From assembly GCA_963771175.1 (NCBI GenBank), contig CAVYSY010000046.1:96001-160000 (forward strand): 64,000 nt of DNA, written 5' to 3'. Both the position numbers and the translations under genes were made by a program. The notes beneath the pieces were generated by a model. The model was not told the DNA's origin. It made no database searches and saw only the letters and a list, made by a program, of their open reading frames with translations. Below, piece by piece: positions 21,398 to 31,321 of this stretch. This DNA is from an uncultured delta proteobacterium. GTDB lineage: Bacteria > Myxococcota > Myxococcia > Myxococcales > Myxococcaceae. Numbering within the stretch: the stretch's first letter is position 1; the number at the start of each line of letters is the position of its first letter.

Positions 21398-23577
21398 GCG
21401 CCTACCGGTTGACCGGCCGCATCGAGTCCGGAGAGCTCGCCGAGCTGTACGAGGCCGTCCAGGAGCCCGGGGGCTCCAAGGTCGTCATCAAGCTCTTCAA
21501 CCCGAAGACGTCCGATCCGCGCTACGCCACCGTGCTGGCCGGGACGTACAGCGTGCTCAACCCGCTGCACCCCGAGGGCATCGTCCACGTCCTCGACATG
21601 GGCTTCGTGAAGAACCGGCTCGCCGTGGTGCGCGAGGCGGTGGATGGCTACTCCCTGGGCACCGCCCTGCAGCGGCTCAACACCAAGGAGGTCCTCCTCC
21701 CGCCGGCCATCGCGCTGTCGATCATCATCCAGATGCTCGAGTCCGTGGAGCACGCCCACGCGGTGGGAGTCGTCCACGGCGCCATCACCCCGGGCAACGT
21801 GCTGCTCTCGCGCGCCGGCCAGCCCTTCGTGGGTGACTTCGGCGCGCTCCATGCGCTCCTGGCCGTTCCCGAGCTCAAGCGCGCTTTCGCCGGCCGGGGC
21901 CGCAGTGCCTACCGCGCCCCCGAGGTCGGTCGCGGCGAGCCCCCCGACGTGCTGTCGGACCTCTACTCCATCGGCGCCATCGCCTACGAGCTGCTCACCC
22001 TGCGCGAGGCCGTCATCCCCGATGGCGGAGTCAGCACCCGCCGCGCCGGCCTGCCGCCGCCCAGCCGGTTGGATCGCCGCATCCACGCGCGGTTGGATCC
22101 GATCATCCTGCGCGCGGTGGAGGCCACGCCCACTCGGCGGTTCCGCTCCTGCTCCGAGTTCGCCGGAGCGCTGCGCAACTTCCTCGCCTCCAACGGAGGC
22201 CTGCCCGGCTTCGAGGAGTCGCGCCGCTTCGTGACCGAGCTCTTCCCCAACGAGGTGTCCTTCGGGTCGCTCGGGCCGGTGCCGTTCTCCGAGCGCTTCA
22301 CCCTGACGCCCATCTCCGGCGTGTCGCTGGCGCAGGTGAGCGCGGACGTGCTGGAGAAGTCCGTGGTGGTGCGGCCCTCCTTCAGTCCGGCCCTCAGCGA
22401 GACGGACACCATGGAGGCCCCGCCCGCCTTCGAGGAGTACCAGCCCGAGCCCTCCGTCATGGCTCCGGCGCCCGTGGCCACGCCCGCGCTGGGCCACGTG
22501 CTCGAGTCCACCCACATCTTCACGCAGGGCTCGGCGTCCGGGAAGGAGCCGGCCGAGGTCACCCACTTCGGGCCGAAGCAGGGGAGCGAGGCCACCCAGG
22601 TCGGGTTGAAGGAGGGCGCCGAGGTGGAGCGCGGTGCTCCTTCGGGGCCGGGAGACGATGAGCAGACGTGGGTGGCTCCTCCAGGCGCCGCGCCCAAGCC
22701 GCGCCGGGCGCCCGTGCCGCCGGCTGGGGCCGCCGCGAAGGAGGGGACGCGCGTCGGCAAGAATCCGCGCCTGCGGGTGGTGGAGGACTTCACCCGCCCC
22801 GCCGAGCCCAGGCCCGAGCCCGAGACGGGAGATCCGGAGGATCGGATCGACACCGCGAAGCTCGAGCCCGAGGTGACGGTGAGTCGCTCACGCGTGTCCG
22901 AGGGCACGGCGTCGCGGGCGCGTCTCCCGCCCTCGCTGGTGCGCGGCCACGCATCCGAGTCGCAGTCGGCGGGCGCGCCGGATCGCTCGTATATCCCCAT
23001 GCCCCCGCCCACGGTGCCCGAGGTCCTGGCGGTGAAGGGCTCGCGCCGCGTGTTCACCGAGGAGCGTAACCTCCTGGCGGACGCTCAGCGTCGGCGCCGG
23101 ATGCTCGTCCTCGCGGGGGTGAGCGCGCTGGTGGGGGCGGTGTTCTTCGGGGTCGGCCTGTGGAAGTTCTCGCAGCGCCCGCCGCTCGAGCCGGATCCCA
23201 AGGTGTCCGCGGTCAGCGGCGCCGTGGAGCAGTACCTCCAGCAGCCTCCCGAGCCAGCTCCGGCGCCTCCCAAGGCCCGGCCCACCACGTCCCCGGATCC
23301 GGTGGTGGTCTCCGACACCTCGGGGGCCGAGGAGTCGCGCAAGGGCGGCTCCGCTTACCTGTCGATCGACGCCAACCTCCCGGCGCGCGCGTACATCGAC
23401 GGCGTGAGGGTCAAGCGCAACCTGCCGCTGGTGCGCTACCCGGTGAAGTCGGGCACCCGGGAGATCATCGTGGAGACGCTCGGGCTGCCGCGGCAGCGCG
23501 AGCTGTTCGAGGTGCGCCTCGAGCGTGGTGAGCACAAGAAGCTGGAGCAGGTCTTCAAGCACTCCCCGAATCGGTGA
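21394..23577 (+). CDS. Membrane Ser/Thr kinase-like protein (degenerate catalytic loop) with TM helix and PEGA-like C-terminus
   Basis: VVIK, HGAITPGNVLL, GDFG, YRAPE, SDLYSIG, TM MLVLAGVSALVGAVFFGVGLW, ARAYIDGV. Confidence 0.85.
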   Translation: MSAYRLTGRIESGELAELYEAVQEPGGSKVVIKLFNPKTSDPRYATVLAGTYSVLNPLHPEGIVHVLDMGFVKNRLAVVREAVDGYSLGTALQRLNTKEVLLPPAIALSIIIQMLESVEHAHAVGVVHGAITPGNVLLSRAGQPFVGDFGALHALLAVPELKRAFAGRGRSAYRAPEVGRGEPPDVLSDLYSIGAIAYELLTLREAVIPDGGVSTRRAGLPPPSRLDRRIHARLDPIILRAVEATPTRRFRSCSEFAGALRNFLASNGGLPGFEESRRFVTELFPNEVSFGSLGPVPFSERFTLTPISGVSLAQVSADVLEKSVVVRPSFSPALSETDTMEAPPAFEEYQPEPSVMAPAPVATPALGHVLESTHIFTQGSASGKEPAEVTHFGPKQGSEATQVGLKEGAEVERGAPSGPGDDEQTWVAPPGAAPKPRRAPVPPAGAAAKEGTRVGKNPRLRVVEDFTRPAEPRPEPETGDPEDRIDTAKLEPEVTVSRSRVSEGTASRARLPPSLVRGHASESQSAGAPDRSYIPMPPPTVPEVLAVKGSRRVFTEERNLLADAQRRRRMLVLAGVSALVGAVFFGVGLWKFSQRPPLEPDPKVSAVSGAVEQYLQQPPEPAPAPPKARPTTSPDPVVVSDTSGAEESRKGGSAYLSIDANLPARAYIDGVRVKRNLPLVRYPVKSGTREIIVETLGLPRQRELFEVRLERGEHKKLEQVFKHSPNR

Positions 23578-23581
23578 GCCC

Positions 23582-24241
23582 ATGGACCGGACCCGCGTCT
23601 TCATCGTCGAGGATCAGCCGACCCTGCTGCGCAACCTCCTGAAGGTGCTGGCGACCTTCCCCGAGCTGGAGGTGGTGGGCAGCTCCCAGGACGGCGAGGA
23701 GGCCGTGGAGGAGTTGGTGCGGGTGCGCCCTCAGCTCGTGCTCCTGGACCTGGAGCTACCGGGCCTCAACGGGATCGAGGTGACGCGGCGGGTGAAGCGC
23801 CGGGCTCCCGAGGTGGAGGTGCTCATCCTCACGTCCTTCGAGGACGAGCAGAAGGTGTACGAGGCGATCCAAGCGGGGGCCTCGGGCTACCTGGTGAAGA
23901 GGGTGGGGCCGGAGAAGATCCGCTCGGGCATCCGCGAGGTGATGGAGGGTGGCACGGTGCTGGAGCCCATCATCGCGCGGCGCTTCTGGAACTACTTCCA
24001 GTCCATCCAGGCGAAGCCGGCCGAGCCGGACAAGCAGAACCCGTGGGACCTGACGCCGGCCGAGTTCGACGTGCTGCGCTACGTGGCCAAGGGCCTGTCC
24101 AACGCCGAGGTGGGGCGGGTGATGACGCTGGAGCGGCGCACGGTGCGCACGCACCTGTCGCACCTCTACCGGAAGATGGGCGTCAACTCGCACGTGGAGG
24201 CGGTGGTGCTGGCCCTGCGCGCGGGCATCGTGGACCTGTAA
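23582..24241 (+). CDS. NarL/LuxR-family DNA-binding response regulator
   Basis: IVED, LLDLELPGLNG, LTSF, GYLVK, LTPAEFDVLRYVAKGLSNAEV..TVRTHLSHLYRK. Confidence 0.95.
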   Translation: MDRTRVFIVEDQPTLLRNLLKVLATFPELEVVGSSQDGEEAVEELVRVRPQLVLLDLELPGLNGIEVTRRVKRRAPEVEVLILTSFEDEQKVYEAIQAGASGYLVKRVGPEKIRSGIREVMEGGTVLEPIIARRFWNYFQSIQAKPAEPDKQNPWDLTPAEFDVLRYVAKGLSNAEVGRVMTLERRTVRTHLSHLYRKMGVNSHVEAVVLALRAGIVDL

Positions 24242-24253
24242 CTCCGATCCGCG

Positions 24254-24880
24254 CTACGGCGAGGGGCGCACCAGCCGCAGGTGGGACTTCTTGCCGCGGG
24301 GCAGCCTCGGATCCGGGCCGTCGTGCTCCTCCGCGTCGAACGGGAGGACGTCACCCGGGCCCGTCGTGCTCTCATCCGGCGCGAGCGGATCGGCCGGCCC
24401 GCGCAGGCCCGAGCGGAGGACGACTCCGAAGAGCACCGTCAGCAGCAAGGCGATGGCGATGAGATCCAGGTTGGTGTTGACGTGCAGGGCCTCGGGGGCG
24501 GGATCCGGCAGGAAGAGGAGGGTGGCGACGGCCAGCCACAACAGCCCGCACAGCAGGAGACCCCCACTCCCGACCCAGATCTTCACCCGCGCCCCGAGGG
24601 TGCGATGGAAGGGAAGCGCCATGAGCTGCCCCCGAATCGGCTCGTGCTGGAACGGCTCGTCCTTGCGCGCGGTCTTGGTGAACGCGCCCGCGAGCGTCGC
24701 CACTCCGGCCCCCGGGTTGGACTCGCGTCCCCAGCGCACCACGGTGACGACCACCACCAGGGCGTAGAGGGCGAACACCGTGGAGCCCATCCGGAAGGCC
24801 TCGCAGGCACCGTGTAGGAACACGGCCCACACGAGACCCGAGAGCAGCAGCCGGAGGCGGGGGTGGAGGGGTGCCGACAT
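24254..24880 (-). CDS. Hypothetical membrane protein (about 4 TM)
   Basis: Four hydrophobic segments in ORF 24254..24937; ATG at 24880. Confidence 0.6.
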   Translation of the reverse strand: MSAPLHPRLRLLLSGLVWAVFLHGACEAFRMGSTVFALYALVVVVTVVRWGRESNPGAGVATLAGAFTKTARKDEPFQHEPIRGQLMALPFHRTLGARVKIWVGSGGLLLCGLLWLAVATLLFLPDPAPEALHVNTNLDLIAIALLLTVLFGVVLRSGLRGPADPLAPDESTTGPGDVLPFDAEEHDGPDPRLPRGKKSHLRLVRPSP

Positions 24881-25035
24881 GTTGCAAATGGTAGCAGACG
24901 TGGAGGGCGCCTCCAGTTTGCCACCGGTCCGAGTCACCTGGGACTCGCCGTGTACCGACTGTCTGGTTCAGAACCCGACACCCGCGCCGCCAGGGTCCGG
25001 TGCCCGCCTGATGGGCACCGGGCGAGCCCGGGGAC

Positions 25036-26368
25036 TCAGGTGCCGCTGGCTGGCTCGGCGGTGGGATCCACCAGCGGCTCCGGCATGGTCCACAGGGCCG
25101 AGGGAGCACCATAGGCCTGATCGAAGGCGTAGAGGATGCCCGTCCAGCGATCCCAGAAGACGGCCCAGTTGTACTCGGTGGGCGGCGAGGTCAGCAGGTT
25201 TCCAGTCCCGATCCGGCTGGCTGTACGCGTAGTCGGCGTAGTTCCACTCCAGGGTGCCGAAGTCCGTCTTGAGCATGGGCGTGAGGACCTTCAGCAGCTT
25301 GGAGCGGGAGACCTCGTCGGGGTGGGGCACGGCTGGGGTGAAGACGGGCTGCGCCATGTCGTGCTGCTCGCGCCAGGCCACGTAGTTGTTGCCCAGGGCG
25401 ATGAGTGCATCGCGCTCGGCGGGAGTGGGGGCGCGGCGGGCTTCTTCGTAGAGGGCGAAGGCCGCCACCAGCAGGCTCTTCCAGTGCATGCCCGGGAAGA
25501 TGTTGGCGAACTTGTAGGGCCGGGGCGAGTCATGGACGTGGGCGAGCGCGTAGTCGTAGGCCTGTCGGGACTCCGCGGGCACGGCATCCAGGAGCGAGAA
25601 CTCCGTGAGCACGCGCTCGGGCGTCACCTCGCCGACGGCTCCCCGGCGCCAGTCGAGGAAGAGGATCGCCGAGCCGCCGATGTCCGTGAAGATGGCCACG
25701 TTGCCCTCATGGAAGGTGCGCTCCATCGTGATGACGACGGACTCGGCCTTGTCGAGCGGGAGCAGGGCCGGTGCGCTCCAGTAGAGCGAGGCGAAGCGCG
25801 AGACGGTGGCGGTGAAGGTGCGCGGATCGGCCAGTGCCTCCATGTTCATGGCCCGGGTGAGCGAGGCGAGGGACGCGGCCGCGTCGAGGGGCAGACCGTT
25901 CAGCACGAGCTCCCAGGAGAGGTCCTCGAGGGTGAGCCGCGCGTCGCCGGAGACGTCGAGCCTGTCGAGCGCGTAGAACAGCGAGAACGAGGGATCACCC
26001 CGGGCCGCGTCGATCACGCGCCGTGCGATGGCCGCGCCGAGCATGCCCTGCCCACCCGTCTGGGAGGCGTGCGGTGCGAAGACGAACCAGTTGGGGCGGA
26101 CGTTGCTGCTGCCTCCGGGCTGGAGGTTGGGATCGAGCAGGCCGCCCAGCTCGTAGGCGATCTGGATGTAGCCCTGGGTGATGCGGCGGTTGTCCTCCAG
26201 CGGGGTGGGTCCTTCGTCAGCGCGCGCTGGCAGCCCCATCGACAGGACGGTCAGGAGCAGCGGGGGGGTGAGCAGGGATCGGAACGACGGGCGCGAGAAG
26301 CCTTCGAGCAAGATGGGAACTCCGGGAGTGGGAACCAGGTGGAGCGGGCCGCACGGTAGTCCACACAC
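25036..26368 (-). CDS. Hypothetical exported protein; frameshift near 25200; start uncertain
   Basis: Signal-like LLLTVLSMGLPARA, then ~400 aa aromatic-rich sequence. An alternative frame continues PPTEYNWAVFWDRW...PASGT*. Confidence 0.7.
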
Positions 26369-26550
26369 GCATCTTCGCGGACCGAAGAGAGCCGGACCCA
26401 GGGGGGACGGGGCGTGCTCGTTGTTCAGAAATTATCTGACATGGTTGTGCATTGCTTCTCATGCTGGCTGTGAACTGAATCACTTCTTGAGAAAGAGTAA
26501 TCGCATAGGGTTTCTTCCGGGACGCCACTCAACCTCACCAGGAGCCCGCT

Positions 26551-27855
26551 ATGTCTTTCCTGAATCCGTTCATCGTCAACTTCGAGGAGTGGAAGAATCT
26601 CGCCAGGGAGACAGGGGGCCCAGAGCGCCGCTCGATGGGGGATGTGGGGAGGGAGCGGCGGCATGGATCGGGAACGTTACCGTCCGAGCTGAGCAAGGAG
26701 CCATTTCAGGTCTCCATCCACGAGGAGATCCTCGCGGATCTCCGCCAGCGCCTGTCGAGGACGCGCTGGGCGGAGGACTGGGGCAACGAGAACTGGGCCT
26801 ATGGCACCGAGCAGGGTTACCTCTCGGAGCTCGTGCGCTATTGGGTGAAGGACTTCGACTGGCGCGCCCAGGAGCGGGCCATCAACGCCTTCAATCACTA
26901 CCGCACCAGCATCGACGGCATCCCCCTGCACTTCATCCACGAGCAGGGTCGGGGGCCGCGTCCCATTCCGCTCCTGCTGACCCATGGCTGGCCCTGGACG
27001 TTCTGGGACATGCAGAAGCTCATCCGTCCCCTGACCCATCCGGCCGAGTTCGGGGGAGATCCAGCGGATGCGTTCGATGTGGTGGTGCCATCGCTGCCCG
27101 GCTATGGCTTTTCCACGCCCCTGCGCAAGGCGCGGGTGAGCTGCTGGTCGACGGCGGACCTCTGGGTCAGGCTCATGCAGGACGTGCTCGGTTACTCTCG
27201 CTTTGGCGCGCACGGTGGTGACTACGGGGCGATCATCAGCGCCCAGCTCGGCCACAAGTACGCCGACCGGTTGATCGGCGCCCACATCACGCTCCCGGTG
27301 CCCCTGGAGGTCATCACCAAGGGCCTCCCGCCTCCCTCCGAGTACGGCCCCGATGAGCAGGAGGCCCTGCAGCGCACGCTGATGTACTTCTCGGACGGCG
27401 GCGGCTACTCGAGCATCCAGAGCACCCGCCCGCAGACGCTCTCGTATGCCATGCACGATTCGCCGGCGGGCATGTGCGCGTGGATTCTCGAGAAGCGCAG
27501 GGCCTGGAGCGACTGCGGTGGGGACGTCGAGAAGGTCTTCTCCAAGGACGACCTGCTCACCACGATGACCCTCTACTGGGCCACCCAGAGCTTCGACTCC
27601 GCCGCGCGCTTCTACTACGAGACGGCTCACAATCCCTGGGAGCCCTCGCACACGCGCGAGCGGGTGGTCGAGGCTCCCACCGCCGTGGCCATCTTCCCGA
27701 AGGACATCTTCCAGATGCCGCGGCGCTGGGCCGAGCGGTACTACAACCTCCAGCGCTGGACGGTCTTCCCCGAGGGCGGACACTTCGCTCCCATGGAGCA
27801 GCCGGAGCGCCTCATCGAGGACATCCGGGCCTTCTTCCGGCCGTTGCGCGGCTGA
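26551..27855 (+). CDS. Epoxide hydrolase (EHN domain + alpha/beta hydrolase)
   Basis: LADLRQRL..TRW, FDWRAQE, LLLTHGWP, VVVPSLPGYGFS, HGGDYG nucleophile Asp, GGHFAPMEQP. Confidence 0.93.
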   Translation: MSFLNPFIVNFEEWKNLARETGGPERRSMGDVGRERRHGSGTLPSELSKEPFQVSIHEEILADLRQRLSRTRWAEDWGNENWAYGTEQGYLSELVRYWVKDFDWRAQERAINAFNHYRTSIDGIPLHFIHEQGRGPRPIPLLLTHGWPWTFWDMQKLIRPLTHPAEFGGDPADAFDVVVPSLPGYGFSTPLRKARVSCWSTADLWVRLMQDVLGYSRFGAHGGDYGAIISAQLGHKYADRLIGAHITLPVPLEVITKGLPPPSEYGPDEQEALQRTLMYFSDGGGYSSIQSTRPQTLSYAMHDSPAGMCAWILEKRRAWSDCGGDVEKVFSKDDLLTTMTLYWATQSFDSAARFYYETAHNPWEPSHTRERVVEAPTAVAIFPKDIFQMPRRWAERYYNLQRWTVFPEGGHFAPMEQPERLIEDIRAFFRPLRG

Positions 27856-27916
27856 ACATTCAACGCCCGAAACACGTGCTTCCCCCCGAGGGGAGCCGTG
27901 TATACGGTGGGGCTCT

Positions 27917-29254
27917 ATGCCGAAGGCTCCTCCGAAACCCGCCGTGCGCAAGGCGGATCCTGTCCTGCAGTCCCTGTTCGACGTTCAGGAGGCCACGCTT
28001 CCCAACGGCCTCAAGGTGCGCCTGCTCGCCAACCACCAGACGCCGGTGGTGAGCCTTTACACCTTCTTCCAGGTGGGCAGCCGCAACGAGCGTCCTGGCA
28101 TCACCGGCATCAGCCACCTCTTCGAGCACATGATGTTCAACGGGGCGAAGAAGTACGGCCCCAAGAAGTTCGACCGGGTGCTCGAGTCCAACGGCGGCCG
28201 CTCCAACGCGTACACGTCCACGGACATGACGGTGTACTACGAGGACTTCGCCGCCGAGGCGCTGGAGACGGTGTTGGATCTGGAGTCGGACCGGATGCGC
28301 TCGCTGCGCATCAACGACGACTCGCTGACGAGCGAGCGCCAGGTGGTGATGGAGGAGCGCCGCGTCCGGGTGGACAACGACATCACCGGGACGATGGACG
28401 AGGAGCTGGGCACGCTCGTCTGGAAGGCGCACGCGTACCGCTGGCCGGTCATCGGGTGGATGAAGGACATCGAGAACATCACCCGCAAGGACTGCGAGCA
28501 GTACTTCCGCACGTACTACGCGCCCAGCAACGCGGTGCTCTACATCTGCGGGGCGATCGATCCGAAGAAGACGCTGGCGCTGGTGCGCCGCTACTACGGG
28601 AACATCCCCAAGGGCCCCAAGCCCGAGCCCGTGCTCGACGCCGAGCCCGAGCAGAAGGGCGAGCGCCGCGCCGAGGTGCGTCACCCCGCCCAGTCCCCCT
28701 CGCTGATGATCGCCTTCCGCGGCCCGGCGGCGCGCGACGAGGACACGTTCGTGCTGGACATCATCCAGTACGCGCTGACGAAGGGCGAGGGCAGCCGGCT
28801 GGTGAAGAAGCTCGTCTATGACACGCAGCTCGCCATCTCGGTGATGGTGGACTGGGGCTGGCGGGTCGATCCGGGGGCCATCATCGTCTACCTGGAGCTC
28901 AAGCCGGATTCGGAGCCGCGCAAGGTGGAGGAGGCCCTCTACGCCGAGCTGGCGCGCGTGGCCAGCGAGGGCCTGACGGAGCGCGAGCTGCAGAAGGCGA
29001 AGAACAACCTGCGGGCGGATCACCTGCGGGAGCTGGCGACGAACAGCGGGCGGGCCCATGCCATGGGCCACTACGAGATGCTGCTGGGCTCGTGGCAGGA
29101 CGGGTTGTCGCTGCCCTCGGTGTACGCGACCACCACCAACGAGAAGGTGAAGGAAGTGGCCGCGAAGTACTTCATGCCCGAGCGCCGCTCCGTGGTGACG
29201 CTCATTCCCGCAGCGGATACGACTGACGGAGCAGATGGAAAGGATGTCGAGTAG
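27917..29254 (+). CDS. M16 (pitrilysin) family zinc peptidase, catalytic subunit
   Basis: LPNGLKV, GSRNE..GISHLFEHMMF (HXXEH), NAYTS, ERQVVMEE. Confidence 0.95.
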   Translation: MPKAPPKPAVRKADPVLQSLFDVQEATLPNGLKVRLLANHQTPVVSLYTFFQVGSRNERPGITGISHLFEHMMFNGAKKYGPKKFDRVLESNGGRSNAYTSTDMTVYYEDFAAEALETVLDLESDRMRSLRINDDSLTSERQVVMEERRVRVDNDITGTMDEELGTLVWKAHAYRWPVIGWMKDIENITRKDCEQYFRTYYAPSNAVLYICGAIDPKKTLALVRRYYGNIPKGPKPEPVLDAEPEQKGERRAEVRHPAQSPSLMIAFRGPAARDEDTFVLDIIQYALTKGEGSRLVKKLVYDTQLAISVMVDWGWRVDPGAIIVYLELKPDSEPRKVEEALYAELARVASEGLTERELQKAKNNLRADHLRELATNSGRAHAMGHYEMLLGSWQDGLSLPSVYATTTNEKVKEVAAKYFMPERRSVVTLIPAADTTDGADGKDVE

Positions 29255-30619
29255 ATGGCCACCCGAGCCACGAGCAAGAAGAAGGCAGCCCCCACCACGA
29301 CGGTGGCCCTGACGCTGCCCGCCATCCACGAGAGCACCACCTCCAGCGGGTTGAAGGTGCTGGCCGCCGAGCGCGGGCCCCTGCCGCTGGTGGCCGCGCG
29401 GCTCGTCATCCGGGCCGGCAGCTCCACGGATCCGAAGGACAAGCACGGCCTGGCGGACTTCACCGCGCGCCTGCTGCGCCGGGGCACGGCGAAGATGAGC
29501 GCGGACGAGATCGACGAGACGATCGAGTTCGTCGGAGCGAGCTTCTCGGTGGGAGCCAACGAGGACCTGCTGTCGCTCTTCGTCGTCACGCCGGCCGAGC
29601 ACTTCCCGGCGATGCTGTCCATGCTGGGGCAGATCGTCCGCGAGCCCGCCTTCCCGGAGCGCGAGTTCGACATGGCGAAGATGCGGGCGCTGGCGGGCTT
29701 CGCCAACGATCTGGATGATCCGTCGGTGATCGCCGATCGGGCCTTCACGCGGGCGCTGTGGGGGGACCACCCGTACGGCCACGACGTGGGGGGCAGCACG
29801 CCGCACGTGCTCTCCTTCCAGCGGGAGGACGTGGTGCGCTTCCACCGGGAGCGGATGGGACCTCGGGTGGCGCTGCTGACGGTGGTGGGCGCGGTGAGCC
29901 CGAAGCGGGTGGCCGAGGAGGCGGAGAAGGCTTTCGCCGGCTGGGAGGGCGGGCCGGAGTCGCTGGCGGAACTGCCGCCGGGAGACAAGGTGGCCACGGG
30001 CCGGGTGCTGCTGGTGGACAAGCCGGAGCAGACGCAGTCGCAGGTGCGCATCGGCGGGCCGGGCTTCCGGCTCGGCCACCCGGACTACTTCCCGTCCACG
30101 GCGATGAACATCGCGCTGGGCGGAGGCTTCACCTCTCGGCTGGTGAACGAGGTGCGCGTGGAGCGCGGCCTGACGTACGGCATCCACAGCTACTTCGATA
30201 CGATGAACGCCGGGGGCGTGTTCGGCATCTCCACCTTCACCAAGACGGAGAACACGCGGGAGATCATCGACGTGTCGCTCGCCGAGGTGGCGAAGGTGCG
30301 TGAGGCGGGGATTCCCACGGCGGAGCTGAAGAAGGCCCAGCGCTACCTGGCGGGGCTGTACCCGCTGCGCACGGAGACGAACGAGTCCGTGGCATCGGTC
30401 ATCAGCGACATCCGGCTGAACGGGCTCGGGGACGACTGGGTGGAGAAGTTCCGCGAGCGGCTGCTGGCGGTGACCTCGAAGCAGACGGTGGCGGTGGCGG
30501 CGAAGTACCTGTTCGCGAAGTCGCCGCTCATCGTGGTGCTGGGGCGGGCCGAGGAAGTGAAGAAGCAGCTCAAGGGGCTGGGGCCGGTGACGGTGGTGCC
30601 AGCCACGGACTACCAGTGA
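29255..30619 (+). CDS. M16 family peptidase, non-catalytic partner subunit
   Basis: GLADFTARLLRRGT (HXXEH absent), LGGGFTSRL.NEVRVERGLTY. Adjacent to the catalytic subunit. Confidence 0.92.
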   Translation: MATRATSKKKAAPTTTVALTLPAIHESTTSSGLKVLAAERGPLPLVAARLVIRAGSSTDPKDKHGLADFTARLLRRGTAKMSADEIDETIEFVGASFSVGANEDLLSLFVVTPAEHFPAMLSMLGQIVREPAFPEREFDMAKMRALAGFANDLDDPSVIADRAFTRALWGDHPYGHDVGGSTPHVLSFQREDVVRFHRERMGPRVALLTVVGAVSPKRVAEEAEKAFAGWEGGPESLAELPPGDKVATGRVLLVDKPEQTQSQVRIGGPGFRLGHPDYFPSTAMNIALGGGFTSRLVNEVRVERGLTYGIHSYFDTMNAGGVFGISTFTKTENTREIIDVSLAEVAKVREAGIPTAELKKAQRYLAGLYPLRTETNESVASVISDIRLNGLGDDWVEKFRERLLAVTSKQTVAVAAKYLFAKSPLIVVLGRAEEVKKQLKGLGPVTVVPATDYQ

Positions 30620-31321
30620 GCGACATCCGCGTTCTCTTCGAGGGCGCGGGGCTGCTCGCGGTGGACAAGCCGGCGGGGATGCTCGTCATCCCCGGTCGCG
30701 GCGAGGGAAGCGGGCCGTCACTGCGCGAGGTGTTGGAGGCGAAGCTCGGGCGGAAGGTGTACGTGGTGCACCGGCTGGATCGGGACACCTCGGGGGTGAT
30801 GGTGTTCGCCCTGGATGCCGGAGAAGCACCGGACGCTGTCGATGGCCTTCGAGTCCGGGAAGGTGCGCAAGCGCTACCTGGCGCTGGTGGAGGGCCGGGT
30901 GGAGGCGCCGCGGGTGGTGGACGCGGCGCTGGTGCCGGCGCGCAAGGGGCGCATGCGGGTGGCGCGGCCGGGCGAGGAGGGGAAGCCCTCGCGCACGCGG
31001 GTGCGGCCGGTGGAGGTGTTCGCGGCGGCCTCGCTGGTGGAGGCCGAGCCCCTCACGGGCCGGACGCATCAGATCCGCGTGCACCTGCTGTCGGAGGGGC
31101 ACCCGTTGCTGGTGGATCACCAGTACGGGCGGGACGAGCCCCTGAAGGCGAAGGAGCTGGGCGGGGAAGGGGAGGAGGAGGTGCTGGCGCGGACGCCCCT
31201 GCACGCGGCGCGGCTGGAGTGGCCGGCGCTGCCGGGAGTGGAGGCGCGAGCGCTGGAGTCCCCCCTCCCGGCGGATATGGCGCGAGCCGTGGAACTGCTG
31301 CGCAAGGCGCCCTCGCTCTAG
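30616..31321 (+). CDS. RluA-family pseudouridine synthase; frameshift near 30820
   Basis: VDKPAG, VHRLDRDTSG, KRYLALV, TGRTHQIRVHL, LHA. Confidence 0.92.
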
